Assembly (NCBI GenBank): GCA_009773455.1
Contig: WSXU01000001.1
Coordinates: forward strand, 117,186-181,185
Direction: 5' to 3'
Source of the DNA: Bacteroidota bacterium
Lineage (GTDB): Bacteria; Bacteroidota; Bacteroidia; Bacteroidales; Lentimicrobiaceae
Length of the DNA: 64,000 nt
Shown here: positions 1 to 10,424 of the stretch, piece after piece
Layout of the letters: every line of letters begins with the position of its first letter
Position numbering within the stretch: position 1 is the stretch's first letter
Position numbers and translations under genes: made by a program
The notes under the pieces: model-generated
What the model saw: the letters and a program-made list of their open reading frames with translations, nothing else
Told to the model about the DNA's origin: nothing
Databases searched by the model: none

Positions 1-2625
1 AATTCCATAACTGCAGTTCTGGAAAGTAAAATAGGCGACAATATTGGCAGTACCGATACATCCTGTTTCCGGATTGATCACACTGACATCAAATTCCTGG
101 AAGTCGAAACTCAGACCAGAGGTCTGAATACTAATGGTCTGATCATTTGAACCATTGCTCCAGAAGTAGGCAGAGCCCGGGTTACCGGCATCAAGGTTAA
201 CCGTGTCAAAAACACAAATCCCTATCTCAGTCGGACTAATAATCTCCACCCTTGGATTATTAGCCGGCAATAAATTAACCTGTGGCGGTTGGTTTACGAT
301 AACTGTAACGACAGCATTGGCAGTGTTATATCCATCGTTCACAGTAACAGTGTAAACAGTTGTATTGGAAGGTGATACCTCAGGATTGGCCAGGGATGAG
401 GTGAATCCCGGAGGATTGGATGTCCATTGGAATGTATAATTATTGGTTCCTCCATCCGGCATTGTGAACAACGTAGCCAAACTACCTGAACAAATAGTAT
501 CCGGCTGGGCTGCAGGATGAGCGATTACAGCATAACCATCCAATGAAACCGTGACAGAATCGGGCTGTTCAGAAACACATCCTGTTCCCAGATCGGTGAC
601 GTAAAGAGTAAATATGGTAGATTCATAGAGATTCATCGTTGTGGGGTTCTGCACGATTGCCGAAACCAGCTTATCTGAAGGTTCCCACTGGTATTGAAAA
701 GGCCCCGCACCCTGCAAAACACTGCCATGCAAAGTCGTTGGTGTACCATAGGTGATCACCTGATCAGGACCTGCTATGGCAGTAAGCTGAAATATGTTGA
801 CAAACAAACAATCGGTAAGCGTGTTACCGCAATTGTCAGTGACTTCGACACAATACTGCCGTGAATCGGGAGGTGACACTGTAATCGATCGGCCATTGTA
901 TGTAGCCATAGTGGTCATATCGGTCCATATCCAGGTTCCACCCGGAGTATCGTTGGCTGTTAATGTAACCGGCTGACCTAAACAGATATCTTCATCGGCA
1001 CCCGCATCGGCAAAAGGTTCGTCAACAAAGACGGTGACCTCGTCGGTACTGGAATTCCCGCATGCATCAAATACCGTCAGGGTATAGGTGGTGGTAATCA
1101 GCGGGCTAACGGTAATGGCCTGGTCTGTCAGGTTACCCGGCTGCCATAGCCAGCTTGTTCCGCCTGTCGCCGTGAGCACCGTTGACTGATTCAGGCAGAT
1201 CGGTATATCTTCGCCAGCATAGGCTACCGGCCCCTGTACAACGACCTCAATGGTTTCGACCTTCTGTGAACCGCATTCATCGGTGATGGTCACCGTATAT
1301 GTTGTAGTGACCATCGGACTCACATCCAGCGTATCGGTGGTCTCCCCGGTATCCCATTGATAATAATAAGGGGGGATTCCTCCATAGCCTGTTGCCTGTA
1401 GTTTTCTGACTTCCCCGCACACCATGTTCTGATCACCTGACGCAACAGACCCAAGAATCGGATAATCCTTGACATAAACGGTCAGTGTATCCATATCCAC
1501 CCCACAAATAGAGGAGTTGAAGATCAGTGTCACCGTTTCCGTGATGTATTCATAGATTCCATCTTCTATCGGAATAATGGGTAAAACAACCATGGTATCT
1601 CCCATCGGGATGATGATCTGATCTTCAATAAATTCATAATCCACCCCGTTCTCGGCGGTTCCTCCTATTTCAAGATTGATGGGATAATCGAGTGAAGCGA
1701 TCTCGAAAAGTTCAAATGCAACCTCGGCATTGTTGCATGCCTCCACAGCCGTATCCACAGCGGCATGGGTGAATCCTACATTAGCGCCAAGGCCGACACT
1801 TGAGAAGCTGTTGGCTTCAAGAAATACTCCGGAATCATAGGCGCCATCGCCGATATCCGCTACTACTAACTTAATATGATAAGTAGAACAAGCCACAACC
1901 ACACTGCTGGCCACCATAACGGTGGTAAATCCATCATACTGGATGTAGGGGTTAGCGCTGGGTGTGGATCCGGTGCCATTGTTTACGTAAAACTGGCAAT
2001 TCTCACATGGTCCGTTGTTCGATGTGCCATTGTTGATGTTGTTGATCGACACATAAATCTGAGGGAAGGCCAGAACCGGAGCAATGGCTATATTCTTGGC
2101 ATCGTTTGCAAAACCCTGTCCGCCAGAAATTCCGGGCCCGCTGATAAAGAATCCGAAAACGTCGTTATACGCTGAGTTGGCATATTCAGGATATTCATCA
2201 GAACCAAATACATACCTGAATTCAACCATGTTTGACTGGGGAATGAAATCAAATTCAAGCACAGAAGCATCCTCAGTGGTACCGCCGGATAAAATATTCA
2301 GATCCGGGTCACCGGAGGCAGTATTGTCGAATCCTTTGTTTGCAGCATTGTTCGGACCAACAGAGTTTACCGCTTTCCCGGAAGTTAATAGCACCCCGGA
2401 AGAAATTCCCAGATTCGACTCGCCTGAAAATGAGCCTTCCGCATTCAGAGAACCAGTATATGTAATGTTGGATGTTGCAACGCCCTGCCCGATCAGATAC
2501 TGCTGAACCAGGGTGACAGGATCAATCCCTTCCTCAACCGAATAGTCGGGCTGTATCTGGCTAAAAACCGTGTTATTGCTAAGTAAAAAGATCAAAAACA
2601 GGGAAATGAAAAAAGGAAGCTTCAT
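1..2625 (-). CDS. Large secreted protein with N-terminal choice-of-anchor L domain and multiple PKD/Ig-like repeats (3' end runs off the window; absent from the ORF track)
   Basis: Manual translation: signal-peptide-like MKLPFFISLFLIFLLS, then DASVLEFDFIP..FRYVFGSDEY..YNDVFGFFISGPGI and YDGFT..YHIKLVVADIGDGAYDSGVFLEANSF (choice-of-anchor L motifs), then repeated A(Y/D)AGxD..IC..T(Y)TxTVxDxCG units; frame open to position 1. Alternative in-frame ATG at 2679. Confidence 0.85.
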   Translation of the reverse strand, partial: MKLPFFISLFLIFLLSNNTVFSQIQPDYSVEEGIDPVTLVQQYLIGQGVATSNITYTGSLNAEGSFSGESNLGISSGVLLTSGKAVNSVGPNNAANKGFDNTASGDPDLNILSGGTTEDASVLEFDFIPQSNMVEFRYVFGSDEYPEYANSAYNDVFGFFISGPGISGGQGFANDAKNIAIAPVLAFPQIYVSINNINNGTSNNGPCENCQFYVNNGTGSTPSANPYIQYDGFTTVMVASSVVVACSTYHIKLVVADIGDGAYDSGVFLEANSFSSVGLGANVGFTHAAVDTAVEACNNAEVAFELFEIASLDYPINLEIGGTAENGVDYEFIEDQIIIPMGDTMVVLPIIPIEDGIYEYITETVTLIFNSSICGVDMDTLTVYVKDYPILGSVASGDQNMVCGEVRKLQATGYGGIPPYYYQWDTGETTDTLDVSPMVTTTYTVTITDECGSQKVETIEVVVQGPVAYAGEDIPICLNQSTVLTATGGTSWLWQPGNLTDQAITVSPLITTTYTLTVFDACGNSSTDEVTVFVDEPFADAGADEDICLGQPVTLTANDTPGGTWIWTDMTTMATYNGRSITVSPPDSRQYCVEVTDNCGNTLTDCLFVNIFQLTAIAGPDQVITYGTPTTLHGSVLQGAGPFQYQWEPSDKLVSAIVQNPTTMNLYESTIFTLYVTDLGTGCVSEQPDSVTVSLDGYAVIAHPAAQPDTICSGSLATLFTMPDGGTNNYTFQWTSNPPGFTSSLANPEVSPSNTTVYTVTVNDGYNTANAVVTVIVNQPPQVNLLPANNPRVEIISPTEIGICVFDTVNLDAGNPGSAYFWSNGSNDQTISIQTSGLSFDFQEFDVSVINPETGCIGTANIVAYFTFQNCSYGI

Positions 2626-2963
2626 GGATTTAAAGCGCAGCCTGCCACAAAACCGATTTAACAAATCAGGTTCTTTCATGATTTTCAGTGTAAAGTAGTG
2701 TGTGATCCGACAGTAAATGCAGGTTAACAACCTGCAGCATAAAGAAAACGAAAAATCCCCCGGTCCCGCCAGTGACAAAAATAAACTTTTCCGCAAATAA
2801 ATCTACAGAAGAAGGCACTTTTATTAAAAAAAATTAAAAACGAATTTCACTCACTTTCGGGCTACCGTGAAGTGAAAATCGTTTAAATCTTTACCATTCC
2901 TGAGGCTGCAAAAGGATGAAATCTATATCTTTAGACCCGAAATCAAATAATGTAAGATATACC

Positions 2964-4325
2964 ATGGAGAACTTATCAAATTACCTGGAATCAAACAAGC
3001 AACGCTTTCTTGACGAATTGTTCGGATTGATCCGGATTCCATCCATCAGCTCTATTTCTGATCACAAGCCCGATATGCTGCGCGCCGCTGAGTATTGGAA
3101 AAACACCATAGTGAAAGCCGGGGCCGACAAGGCAGAGATTATCCCTACTGCCGGCAACCCGGTAGTTTACGGAGAGAAAATCATCGATCCGGCAAAGCCG
3201 ACCATTCTGGTGTATGGTCACTACGATGTGATGCCGGTTGATCCGCTTGACTTATGGAAATCGCCGCCATTCGAGCCTGAAGTCCGCGATGGGGTAATCT
3301 TTGCCCGCGGGGCCGACGATGACAAAGGACAGGCGTTTATGCACGCCAAGGCTTTTGAGGCTATGGTTCAGACCGGAACCCTTCCCTGCAATGTAAAGTT
3401 CATGATCGAAGGCGAGGAAGAAATCGGATCACCCAACCTGGAGAAGTTCTGTACCGATCATAAAGAGATGTTAAAAGCCGACATCATCCTCGTTTCAGAT
3501 ACCGGAATGATTGCTCAGGACATCCCATCTATAACCGTCGGACTAAGGGGACTTGCTTACCTGGAAGTTGAAGTTACAGGGCCCAACCGCGACCTGCATT
3601 CCGGGCTGTTTGGCGGCGCTGTAGCGAATCCGATCAATGTTCTTTCAAAAATGATCGCATCGCTGACGGATGAAAACAACAGGATTACGGTCGCCGGTTT
3701 CTATGACAAAGTGCTTGAGCTTTCTGATGAGGAGCGCGCCGAAATGGCCAAGGCCCCCTTCAACCTTGATGAGTATAAAAAAGCCATCGACATTGCCGAA
3801 GTTTCCGGCGAAAAGGGGTATACGACCATGGAACGCACCGGTATCAGGCCAACCCTTGATGTATGCGGAATCTGGGGCGGATACACCGGCGAGGGAGCCA
3901 AGACTGTGCTTCCGTCAAAGGCCTATGCCAAGATCTCCATGCGGTTGGTGCCACATCAGGATCACGAGGAAATTTCGAAATTATTTGAAGCGCATTTTCT
4001 GAAACTGGCTCCACCTTCCGTCAAGGTTAAAGTAACCAACCTTCACGGTGGCCAGGGTTATGTATCACCCACCGATACCAAAGCCTACCGGGCTGCCAGC
4101 AAAGCCTACGAAACAACTTTCGGAAAGAAACCGGTCCCTGTCCGCAGCGGAGGAAGTATACCCATTATCTCGACCTTCGAACGGGTACTTGGTGTCAAAT
4201 CAATTCTGATGGGCTTCGGACTCGAATCGGATGCGATCCATTCACCCAATGAAAATTTCCCGCTGTTCAATTTTTATAAGGGAATAGAAACAATTCCTTA
4301 TTTCTACAGGTTTTATTGCGAATAA
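2964..4325 (+). CDS. M20 family dipeptidase (ArgE/DapE-like)
   Basis: YGHYDV, ARGADDDKGQ, EGEEE and IHSPNE metal-binding motifs; ATG 2964 (MENLSNYLE) preferred over 2916. Confidence 0.92.
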   Translation: MENLSNYLESNKQRFLDELFGLIRIPSISSISDHKPDMLRAAEYWKNTIVKAGADKAEIIPTAGNPVVYGEKIIDPAKPTILVYGHYDVMPVDPLDLWKSPPFEPEVRDGVIFARGADDDKGQAFMHAKAFEAMVQTGTLPCNVKFMIEGEEEIGSPNLEKFCTDHKEMLKADIILVSDTGMIAQDIPSITVGLRGLAYLEVEVTGPNRDLHSGLFGGAVANPINVLSKMIASLTDENNRITVAGFYDKVLELSDEERAEMAKAPFNLDEYKKAIDIAEVSGEKGYTTMERTGIRPTLDVCGIWGGYTGEGAKTVLPSKAYAKISMRLVPHQDHEEISKLFEAHFLKLAPPSVKVKVTNLHGGQGYVSPTDTKAYRAASKAYETTFGKKPVPVRSGGSIPIISTFERVLGVKSILMGFGLESDAIHSPNENFPLFNFYKGIETIPYFYRFYCE

Positions 4326-4339
4326 TACAAAATAAGCAT

Positions 4340-4476
4340 GAGATTCCCCACTTCGTTCGGAATGACTGATCGTTAGCATTTCAGGTAGGGGGTGTGTTGC
4401 GGTTAATTCGACACACCTCCCCTCCCACGCATTAATCTTCTGAAAGTATGGTCATTCCGAACGAAGTGAGGAATCT
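4340..4476. repeat. REP/REPIN-like element: 26-bp inverted repeats around an 84-bp spacer that contains its own hairpin
   Basis: 4340-4366 GAGATTCCCCACTTCGTTCGGAATGAC versus 4451-4476 GTCATTCCGAACGAAGTGAGGAATCT (reverse complement, one mismatch in 26 bp); lies between convergent genes. Confidence 0.8.
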
Positions 4477-4509
4477 GTGGCAAATTAGCCGGACTGTAAT
4501 GATTAAAAT

Positions 4510-6954
4510 CTATACCCTTACCACCCTGATGATATCGGCAAAAATACCGGAAGCAGTCACCTCGGCTCCAGCACCGGCACCTTTGATAACCATTGGTTGC
4601 TGAACATAACGGTTGGTATAGAACAATACAACATTGTCCTTCCCGTAAAGGTGAAAAAGATCGTGATCCGGACCGATCTGCTGCAGTCCCACCGAGGCTC
4701 TGCCATTCTCCAGGCTTGCCACGAACTTGAGTTTACAACCTTTGTCTGCAGCACTTCTATACAATTCACTGAAATGCTCTTCATGTTTTCCCATTTCAAG
4801 GTAAAATGCTTCCACATCGCCCTGCATGCATGATTCAGGGAGAAAGGAATTGCTCCCGATATCATTCATTTCCATCCGTAAGCCTGACTCACGGGCAAGG
4901 ATAAGTATCTTACGCATGACATCCGTGCCGCTCAGATCGATGCGGGGGTCAGGTTCAGCATAGCCTTCGTCCTGTGCCTGTTTTACAATCCTGGCAAAAG
5001 GTACGCTGCCATCATAATTGTTAAACACAAAGTTCAGGGTTCCCGACAAAACCGCTTCAATTTTATTCACCCTGTCACCACTTCTGACCAAATCGTTCAG
5101 GGTGCCGATGATGGGCAGGCTGGCACCGACATTGGTTTCGAACAGATAGGATGTGTTGTATTCACGGGCCAGATTTTTCAGCAATTCATAGTTTTCATAG
5201 GGTGATGATGTCGCTATTTTATTGCAGGCCACCACGGCGACGCTTTTTCTCAGCAACCTGGCATAACAGGACGCGACCAGCTCACTTGAAGTGATATCTG
5301 CAAATACAGAGTTCCTCAGATTTTTTTCGGCTATGAATGCCATAAAATCATCCAGGTCCATTTTTATGCCATCATTCAGTTGCTCCATCCAGGAGCCCAG
5401 ATCAATGCCCTCTTCATTCAGCAACATTTTTCTGCTGTTGCCAATGCCCACCACACGAACCTGAAGACGAAGCTGATTGAGCAGGAATTGCTGCTGATCT
5501 CTCAACTGATCCATCAGGCGACTTCCGACATTGCCCACACCGATCACAAAAAGATTGACCTGTCTGAAGGCCGTTTCAAAAAACTCTTCGTGCAGCACAT
5601 TGATGGCTTTTTTCTCGTCCGGAGTGCTGATCACAGCAGAGATATTCTTCTCGGAAGACCCCTGTGCGATGGCCCGGATGTTGACATTGTTGCGTCCCAT
5701 GGCACCAAACATCTTTCCGCTGATGCCGGGATGGTTTTTCATATTGTCGCCTACCAGCGCTATGATTGATAAACCGGTCTCCACCTGGAGCGGCTCAAGT
5801 TTATTTGCCATGATCTCAATTGAGAACTCCTTATCAACCGCTGCTTTTGCTTTCCGGATGTTGATCTCATCGATGGCGGCACAGATGGAGTGCTCAGAGG
5901 AACTTTGCGTAATCAGGATTACATTGATCTTTTCCTCCGACAATGCGCCGAATAATCTTCTGGAGAACCCCGGAATTCCAACCATTCCACTTCCCTCAAG
6001 GCTGATCAGGGCAATTTTTCCGATGCTTGAAATCCCCCTCACGGTATTCATATTCTCCGAAACACTGCTTTCTACCAGTGTGCCGGCATCTTCAGGTGAA
6101 AAAGTATTTTTTATCCATAACGGAATGCCTTTTTGCATCACCGGTTGTATGGTAGGCGGGTAGATCACTTTGGCTCCAAAATGCGACAATTCCATGGCCT
6201 CTTTATATGAAATAAATGGAATTGACCTGGCATTCCCCACTACCCGCGGATCTGCGGTCATCATCCCGCTCACATCGGTCCAGATTTCAAGCCCGGCTGC
6301 CGATGTTGCCGCTGCCAGAATCGCAGCCGTGTAATCGGAACCACCCCGGCCAAGCGTGGTGGTCACACCTTTGCTGTCGGAGGCAATGAACCCCGGGACA
6401 ATATACAACTGCGCCAGGTTCAGGTTAAAGTAATTCCTGATGGCTTCCTGCGTTTTTTCATGATCGATGACTGCCGCCCCGTAAGCAGCATCTGTCCGGA
6501 TGATATCACGGGCATCTGCCCAAAGATTGGGAATATGACACGATTCAAATGCCTTCGAAATGATCAATGAAGAGAGCAATTCCCCCTGACTGACAATGCT
6601 GTCCTGGGTCCTGGGAGAAAGTTCACGCAAAAGATAAACCGCTTCGAGAATGCTGTCGAGTTCCCTGAATTTTTCCTCGACGGTTCCTTTCAGTGTATTG
6701 AAAAGATCACCAGTGAGCAATTCATCCAAAACCCTGAGGTGCCTGTTCCTGAAATCCCTTAATCTGTCTTTGTACCGCAGGTTATGTGAGGCAGCCAGAC
6801 GGCCTGCATCAATCAGGAGATCAGTCATACCGCCCATGGCTGAGACAACCACAACGGTTTTATCTTTTGACAAAGTTTTCTGAACAATGGAAATTACATT
6901 ACGGATGTTTCCGGCATTGGCCACAGAGGTACCGCCAAATTTGAGAACCTGCAT
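4510..6954 (-). CDS. thrA: Bifunctional aspartate kinase/homoserine dehydrogenase I
   Basis: VLKFGGTSV, TLGRGGSDYTAA, two ACT domains, GVGNVG Rossmann motif, GYAEPDPRIDLSG, KGAGAGAEVTA; 814 aa. Confidence 0.95.
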   Translation of the reverse strand: MQVLKFGGTSVANAGNIRNVISIVQKTLSKDKTVVVVSAMGGMTDLLIDAGRLAASHNLRYKDRLRDFRNRHLRVLDELLTGDLFNTLKGTVEEKFRELDSILEAVYLLRELSPRTQDSIVSQGELLSSLIISKAFESCHIPNLWADARDIIRTDAAYGAAVIDHEKTQEAIRNYFNLNLAQLYIVPGFIASDSKGVTTTLGRGGSDYTAAILAAATSAAGLEIWTDVSGMMTADPRVVGNARSIPFISYKEAMELSHFGAKVIYPPTIQPVMQKGIPLWIKNTFSPEDAGTLVESSVSENMNTVRGISSIGKIALISLEGSGMVGIPGFSRRLFGALSEEKINVILITQSSSEHSICAAIDEINIRKAKAAVDKEFSIEIMANKLEPLQVETGLSIIALVGDNMKNHPGISGKMFGAMGRNNVNIRAIAQGSSEKNISAVISTPDEKKAINVLHEEFFETAFRQVNLFVIGVGNVGSRLMDQLRDQQQFLLNQLRLQVRVVGIGNSRKMLLNEEGIDLGSWMEQLNDGIKMDLDDFMAFIAEKNLRNSVFADITSSELVASCYARLLRKSVAVVACNKIATSSPYENYELLKNLAREYNTSYLFETNVGASLPIIGTLNDLVRSGDRVNKIEAVLSGTLNFVFNNYDGSVPFARIVKQAQDEGYAEPDPRIDLSGTDVMRKILILARESGLRMEMNDIGSNSFLPESCMQGDVEAFYLEMGKHEEHFSELYRSAADKGCKLKFVASLENGRASVGLQQIGPDHDLFHLYGKDNVVLFYTNRYVQQPMVIKGAGAGAEVTASGIFADIIRVVRV

Positions 6955-7364
6955 AAAAAATGAATTTTAACAGAAAAACTGTAAAGATATGGACTAATTG
7001 ACATATGTACAAGCATACTAAATCCATCTCCGGCCAGTGATGCCCTGCAAAATAATCTCCCCGTTGTGATCTTACGGATTATAGCGTGATGGGTTTCCTA
7101 CCGGAATAAAGCTGGTCAAGAAAATTCCCGGGAACTATTGACTTTAGCGAAAGGTTCATTTCAGCGCTTTGGTTACTTAAAATCAGCTGACCTTTCTGTT
7201 TTTTGAAATCAGCATGGCTTCAGATGCTGCTCCTGGTAAACCCTTTTTTAGTATGATCGTTCCGGTGGAAGACAGGCCTGCATCAATGGCGTGGCCGTTC
7301 CATTTAGTGTAACTCAGGGGGGGGGTAATCCGGCGAAGGCGGGTGGGATAAAAAACGTCAGCCC

Positions 7365-8285
7365 CTAAAACAGCAAGAGCTTCTTTGTATAAATCACCCT
7401 CTTCTGATTCCGAACCACCAGAAAATACAAGCCTTCTGTAAATCTTTCAAGGTTAACTGTTTTCATTTCACCAAAAGGCAACCTGTCTTCCATCACTTTT
7501 TTACCATTCTCATCGTAAATAGACAGTCCGGCATCTGAGCCCATGTTATTCATTTTCAAATGCCGGTTTAACAAAGAGAATGAGACTTCGCCTTCATTCA
7601 ATTGATTTTCAGACATTCCCACTTCCCTCTCAACACGCTTGAGTACTTCCTGAACCCATTGAGCATACATCAGTCCGCTTGGATGAAGCCCGTCTGCAGC
7701 CACCAGTTCGGGCTGAGCCAGGCCTTTGCGTGATATCGGGGTAATGTCAATATAACTGACCTGATATTCTTCGGAGATTATCCGGTTGATCTCATTGAAC
7801 TCATCAATTGCATCACTGATGGCAGGATTTCCATTCCCAAAAGGCGTATAGGCGTAATCGGGGATAGACAATACAAAAACATGTGAAGGTGACCCTCCGG
7901 CCAGAAAAATCGCTTGCTGAAGCAGAGCCTCAAACTCATTCGCATAAGCAGCTTGACTACCACCCTGGAATTGATTGTTAACACCAATCAGTAGTGAAAC
8001 CAGATTGTATCCTGTAAGTGGCAATTGTTCACCAATTGCACTTTTTAAGTTATCTGTCCGCCAGCCGGTTTGCGCAATAATTTTCAGTTCATCAACATTG
8101 TATCCCAGATTCGTCAATCCGTTAATAAACTGAACAGGCCAGCGTTCGGTAATTGCAACGCTCTGCCCGATTGTATAGGAATCGCCCAGGGCAAGAAAAC
8201 GCACAGGTTCTCTCACCTTAATAGTACGGCCGGGGACTGTTAAAGAAGATAATAGCAGGAAAATGAATAAAAACCGCGGTCTCAC
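7365..8285 (-). CDS. SGNH/GDSL hydrolase with C-terminal T9SS sorting domain
   Basis: LGDSYT, GWRT, GVNN and DGLHP blocks; signal peptide; C-terminal GLYFLVV..KKLL. Confidence 0.85.
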   Translation of the reverse strand: MRPRFLFIFLLLSSLTVPGRTIKVREPVRFLALGDSYTIGQSVAITERWPVQFINGLTNLGYNVDELKIIAQTGWRTDNLKSAIGEQLPLTGYNLVSLLIGVNNQFQGGSQAAYANEFEALLQQAIFLAGGSPSHVFVLSIPDYAYTPFGNGNPAISDAIDEFNEINRIISEEYQVSYIDITPISRKGLAQPELVAADGLHPSGLMYAQWVQEVLKRVEREVGMSENQLNEGEVSFSLLNRHLKMNNMGSDAGLSIYDENGKKVMEDRLPFGEMKTVNLERFTEGLYFLVVRNQKRVIYTKKLLLF

Positions 8286-10009
8286 TGCCTGATAATTTTT
8301 CCAGTGACCTGTTTCCCTTCTTTCACCATCCTTACAAGGTAAACGCCCGATCGGAGATTCTCAAGCGACAAACTGAAATCGTTTTTGGTTATCTTTCCTG
8401 ACCAGACAACAGCGCCGGTAACTGAAACGATACTTACATCAGCATCTTCTGAACCGGTGTTTACTAATCTAAGCAAAGAACCATCAGTAAAAATTCCGGT
8501 AACCGGAGTTTCAACAGAGTTTACATCCGTAGAAAGAACCGTGAAACTTCCCTCGGTTGAAAATTCAGAACCTTCATAGGCCTGATCGATCGCCTGTACT
8601 CTGAAATAATAGTCACCAGGGTTAAGCGACCTGAACACCATAAAATCGTTGCTGCCCGTATTGCCGGTACCGGCTGTATATCTGACGCCGGTCTCAATAT
8701 CAGCCTGGGGACTTACCACATCTATGTTGCCACTTTCCGAGCCAACCATTACATTATAACTGATCGCCATCTGTGGAGATTGAAGGTCGGTGACCCGGCT
8801 CCAGCTGATAACAGCATAATCTCCTGAGGCATATGAATACAAATTGCCCGGGACACCCGGCGGGGTGTTCTGCTGAAAAGCGCCGGTTTGTATATCATTC
8901 CGATAAAGAATAGAAACCGGATCGCCCGATAAACCGGTGAGCAGCAGGTCATAATCCCCGTCATTGTCATAATCACCCCAGGCTGATGAAGCCCTTTCAA
9001 CAAAAGGCAATCCTGCCGGAAATTCATCAAAGCTTCCAACGCCGTTGTTGTTGTATAACCTGGTAGAGGCATTCCCGCATCCGGCATTTTCTCCGGCAAG
9101 CATAATGTCGAGGTCTCCATCGTTGTCATAGTCAATCCAGTCGGCAGGCCCCAGGGCAGTACCAACCAGGCCGGCATTTGCAAAACTGAAGGTTTTGTCT
9201 CCATTGTTCCTGTAAACGTAGGAAACCGGAACCAGAGAAACATCTTTTCCGGAGATCAGAATATCGGGATTACCGTCATTGTCGAAATCACCCCAGCTTG
9301 CAGTACCGCCCACAGCGCCTTCAACCGGTACTTCCAGCCTGCTGAAAATCCCGTTTTCATTCAGATAAATAAAAGTTTCGGCAACCGACCCGGCATCTCC
9401 GACCATCAGCAGGTCAGGATCTCCGTCGTTATCACAATCGCCCCAGTCAAGTGAAGGGGTGTTCATTATGGTCAGGCCAGCGGTAACTTCAGCAAATGTG
9501 CCATCACCGTTGTTGTGATAAAGCCTGGTATCCCAGTTTCCAGAAATCACAAGGTCAGGGTAAGCATCGTTATCATAATCCCCCCAGGCAACATCCCCGT
9601 CAGAACCGCCTGCGTTAAATAAATCATCGGTAAGTCCGAATGTTCCATCTCCCAGGTTACGATATAGTCTGGTTGCATTGCCGTTTATATCCCTGCCTGT
9701 CATAACTACATCAATATAACCGTCAAGGTCATAATCGGCAAGTGCGAGGGCACAGTTGTACAGGCCTGAAATCCCGGAGGCAGTATCACTAAAAACCCCC
9801 TGAGCGTTGAGAAATATCTTTCCCAGGGGTTGTGCTGATTCATCAAGTCCAACCATAACCAGGTCGAGATCGTGGTCGTTATCAAAATCGGCGAATGCCA
9901 CCGCACTACGCCCGATGGGCGGAAGTCCTGAAGAAACAGGAACAAAAGGCTGGGCCAGTGAAACTGAAAGTCCCGAAGATAGAAATAGAAACAGTATATA
10001 TGCTTTCAT
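8282..10009 (-). CDS. FG-GAP/VCBS repeat protein with FN3-like and T9SS C-terminal domains
   Basis: Repeated (W/F/L)xD(Y/F)DNDGDxD(L/I) units, YYFRVQAID FN3-like strand, LRSGVYLV..KII end; start 10009 gives a signal peptide (ORF track starts at 10090). Confidence 0.85.
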   Translation of the reverse strand: MKAYILFLFLSSGLSVSLAQPFVPVSSGLPPIGRSAVAFADFDNDHDLDLVMVGLDESAQPLGKIFLNAQGVFSDTASGISGLYNCALALADYDLDGYIDVVMTGRDINGNATRLYRNLGDGTFGLTDDLFNAGGSDGDVAWGDYDNDAYPDLVISGNWDTRLYHNNGDGTFAEVTAGLTIMNTPSLDWGDCDNDGDPDLLMVGDAGSVAETFIYLNENGIFSRLEVPVEGAVGGTASWGDFDNDGNPDILISGKDVSLVPVSYVYRNNGDKTFSFANAGLVGTALGPADWIDYDNDGDLDIMLAGENAGCGNASTRLYNNNGVGSFDEFPAGLPFVERASSAWGDYDNDGDYDLLLTGLSGDPVSILYRNDIQTGAFQQNTPPGVPGNLYSYASGDYAVISWSRVTDLQSPQMAISYNVMVGSESGNIDVVSPQADIETGVRYTAGTGNTGSNDFMVFRSLNPGDYYFRVQAIDQAYEGSEFSTEGSFTVLSTDVNSVETPVTGIFTDGSLLRLVNTGSEDADVSIVSVTGAVVWSGKITKNDFSLSLENLRSGVYLVRMVKEGKQVTGKIIRQ

Positions 10010-10107
10010 AGGAAACCATTGGTTATTGGGATGGTGAAAATACAATAAAACAATGAAACATATGCAGGTTAGGGTATATAAGATTTGCAATTTGCTGCAA
10101 GCTTATG

Positions 10108-10213
10108 GCAGGCAGAGCCTGCCGTCATATTCAGGCTGAGGCAGAGCCTCAGCCAACCCCTGGGTTAAGCCGGGGCTCTGCCCCGGCTTGCTATCATGGC
10201 AGGCTCCGCCTGC
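10108..10213. repeat. Composite REP unit 1 (106 bp, four GC-rich hairpins plus central palindrome)
   Basis: GCAGGC-AGA-GCCTGC, GGCTGAGGC-AGA-GCCTCAGCC, AACCC-CT-GGGTT, AAGCCGGGGC-TCT-GCCCCGGCTT, GCAGGC-TCC-GCCTGC; near-identical to units at 10292 and 11146. Confidence 0.9.
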
Positions 10214-10291
10214 AACTGCATTCCTGAACAAAAACTATATCCTTTCGACTTTGCTACGGAATTCGGGATTTTATATGACGGCAGGCTGCTT

Positions 10292-10396
10292 GCAGGCAGA
10301 GCCTGCCGTCATATTCTGACTGAGGCTGAGCCTCAGCCAACCCGGTGTTAAGCCGGGGCTCTGCCCCGGCTTGTTATCATGGCAGGATGTGCCTGC
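10292..10396. repeat. Composite REP unit 2 (105 bp, more degenerate)
   Basis: Same hairpin order as unit 1 with substitutions; shares the downstream tail AACTG(C/T)ATTCCT(G/A)AA(C/T)AAAAAC with unit 1. Confidence 0.88.
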
Positions 10397-10424
10397 AACT
10401 GTATTCCTAAATAAAAACAATTCT

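Noticed and set aside
794-2506. Short plus-strand ORFs 794-976, 1876-2175 and 2084-2506
   Set aside because: Antisense shadows of the long minus-strand choice-of-anchor L gene.
7275-7287. 13-bp match GGCCTGCATCAAT shared with thrA 6801-6813
   Set aside because: Exact 13-mer repeats are expected by chance in 64 kb and there is no further extension.
7317-7325. G9 homopolymer as a phase-variation tract
   Set aside because: It lies just downstream of the SGNH stop and about 360 bp from thrA, not in a CDS or evident promoter.
6955-7364. Thr/Ile leader-peptide attenuator or SAM/lysine riboswitch upstream of thrA
   Set aside because: The only upstream short ORF (MDLVCLYICQ..) is not Thr/Ile-rich, there is no terminator hairpin before the start, and no riboswitch core motifs were recognised.
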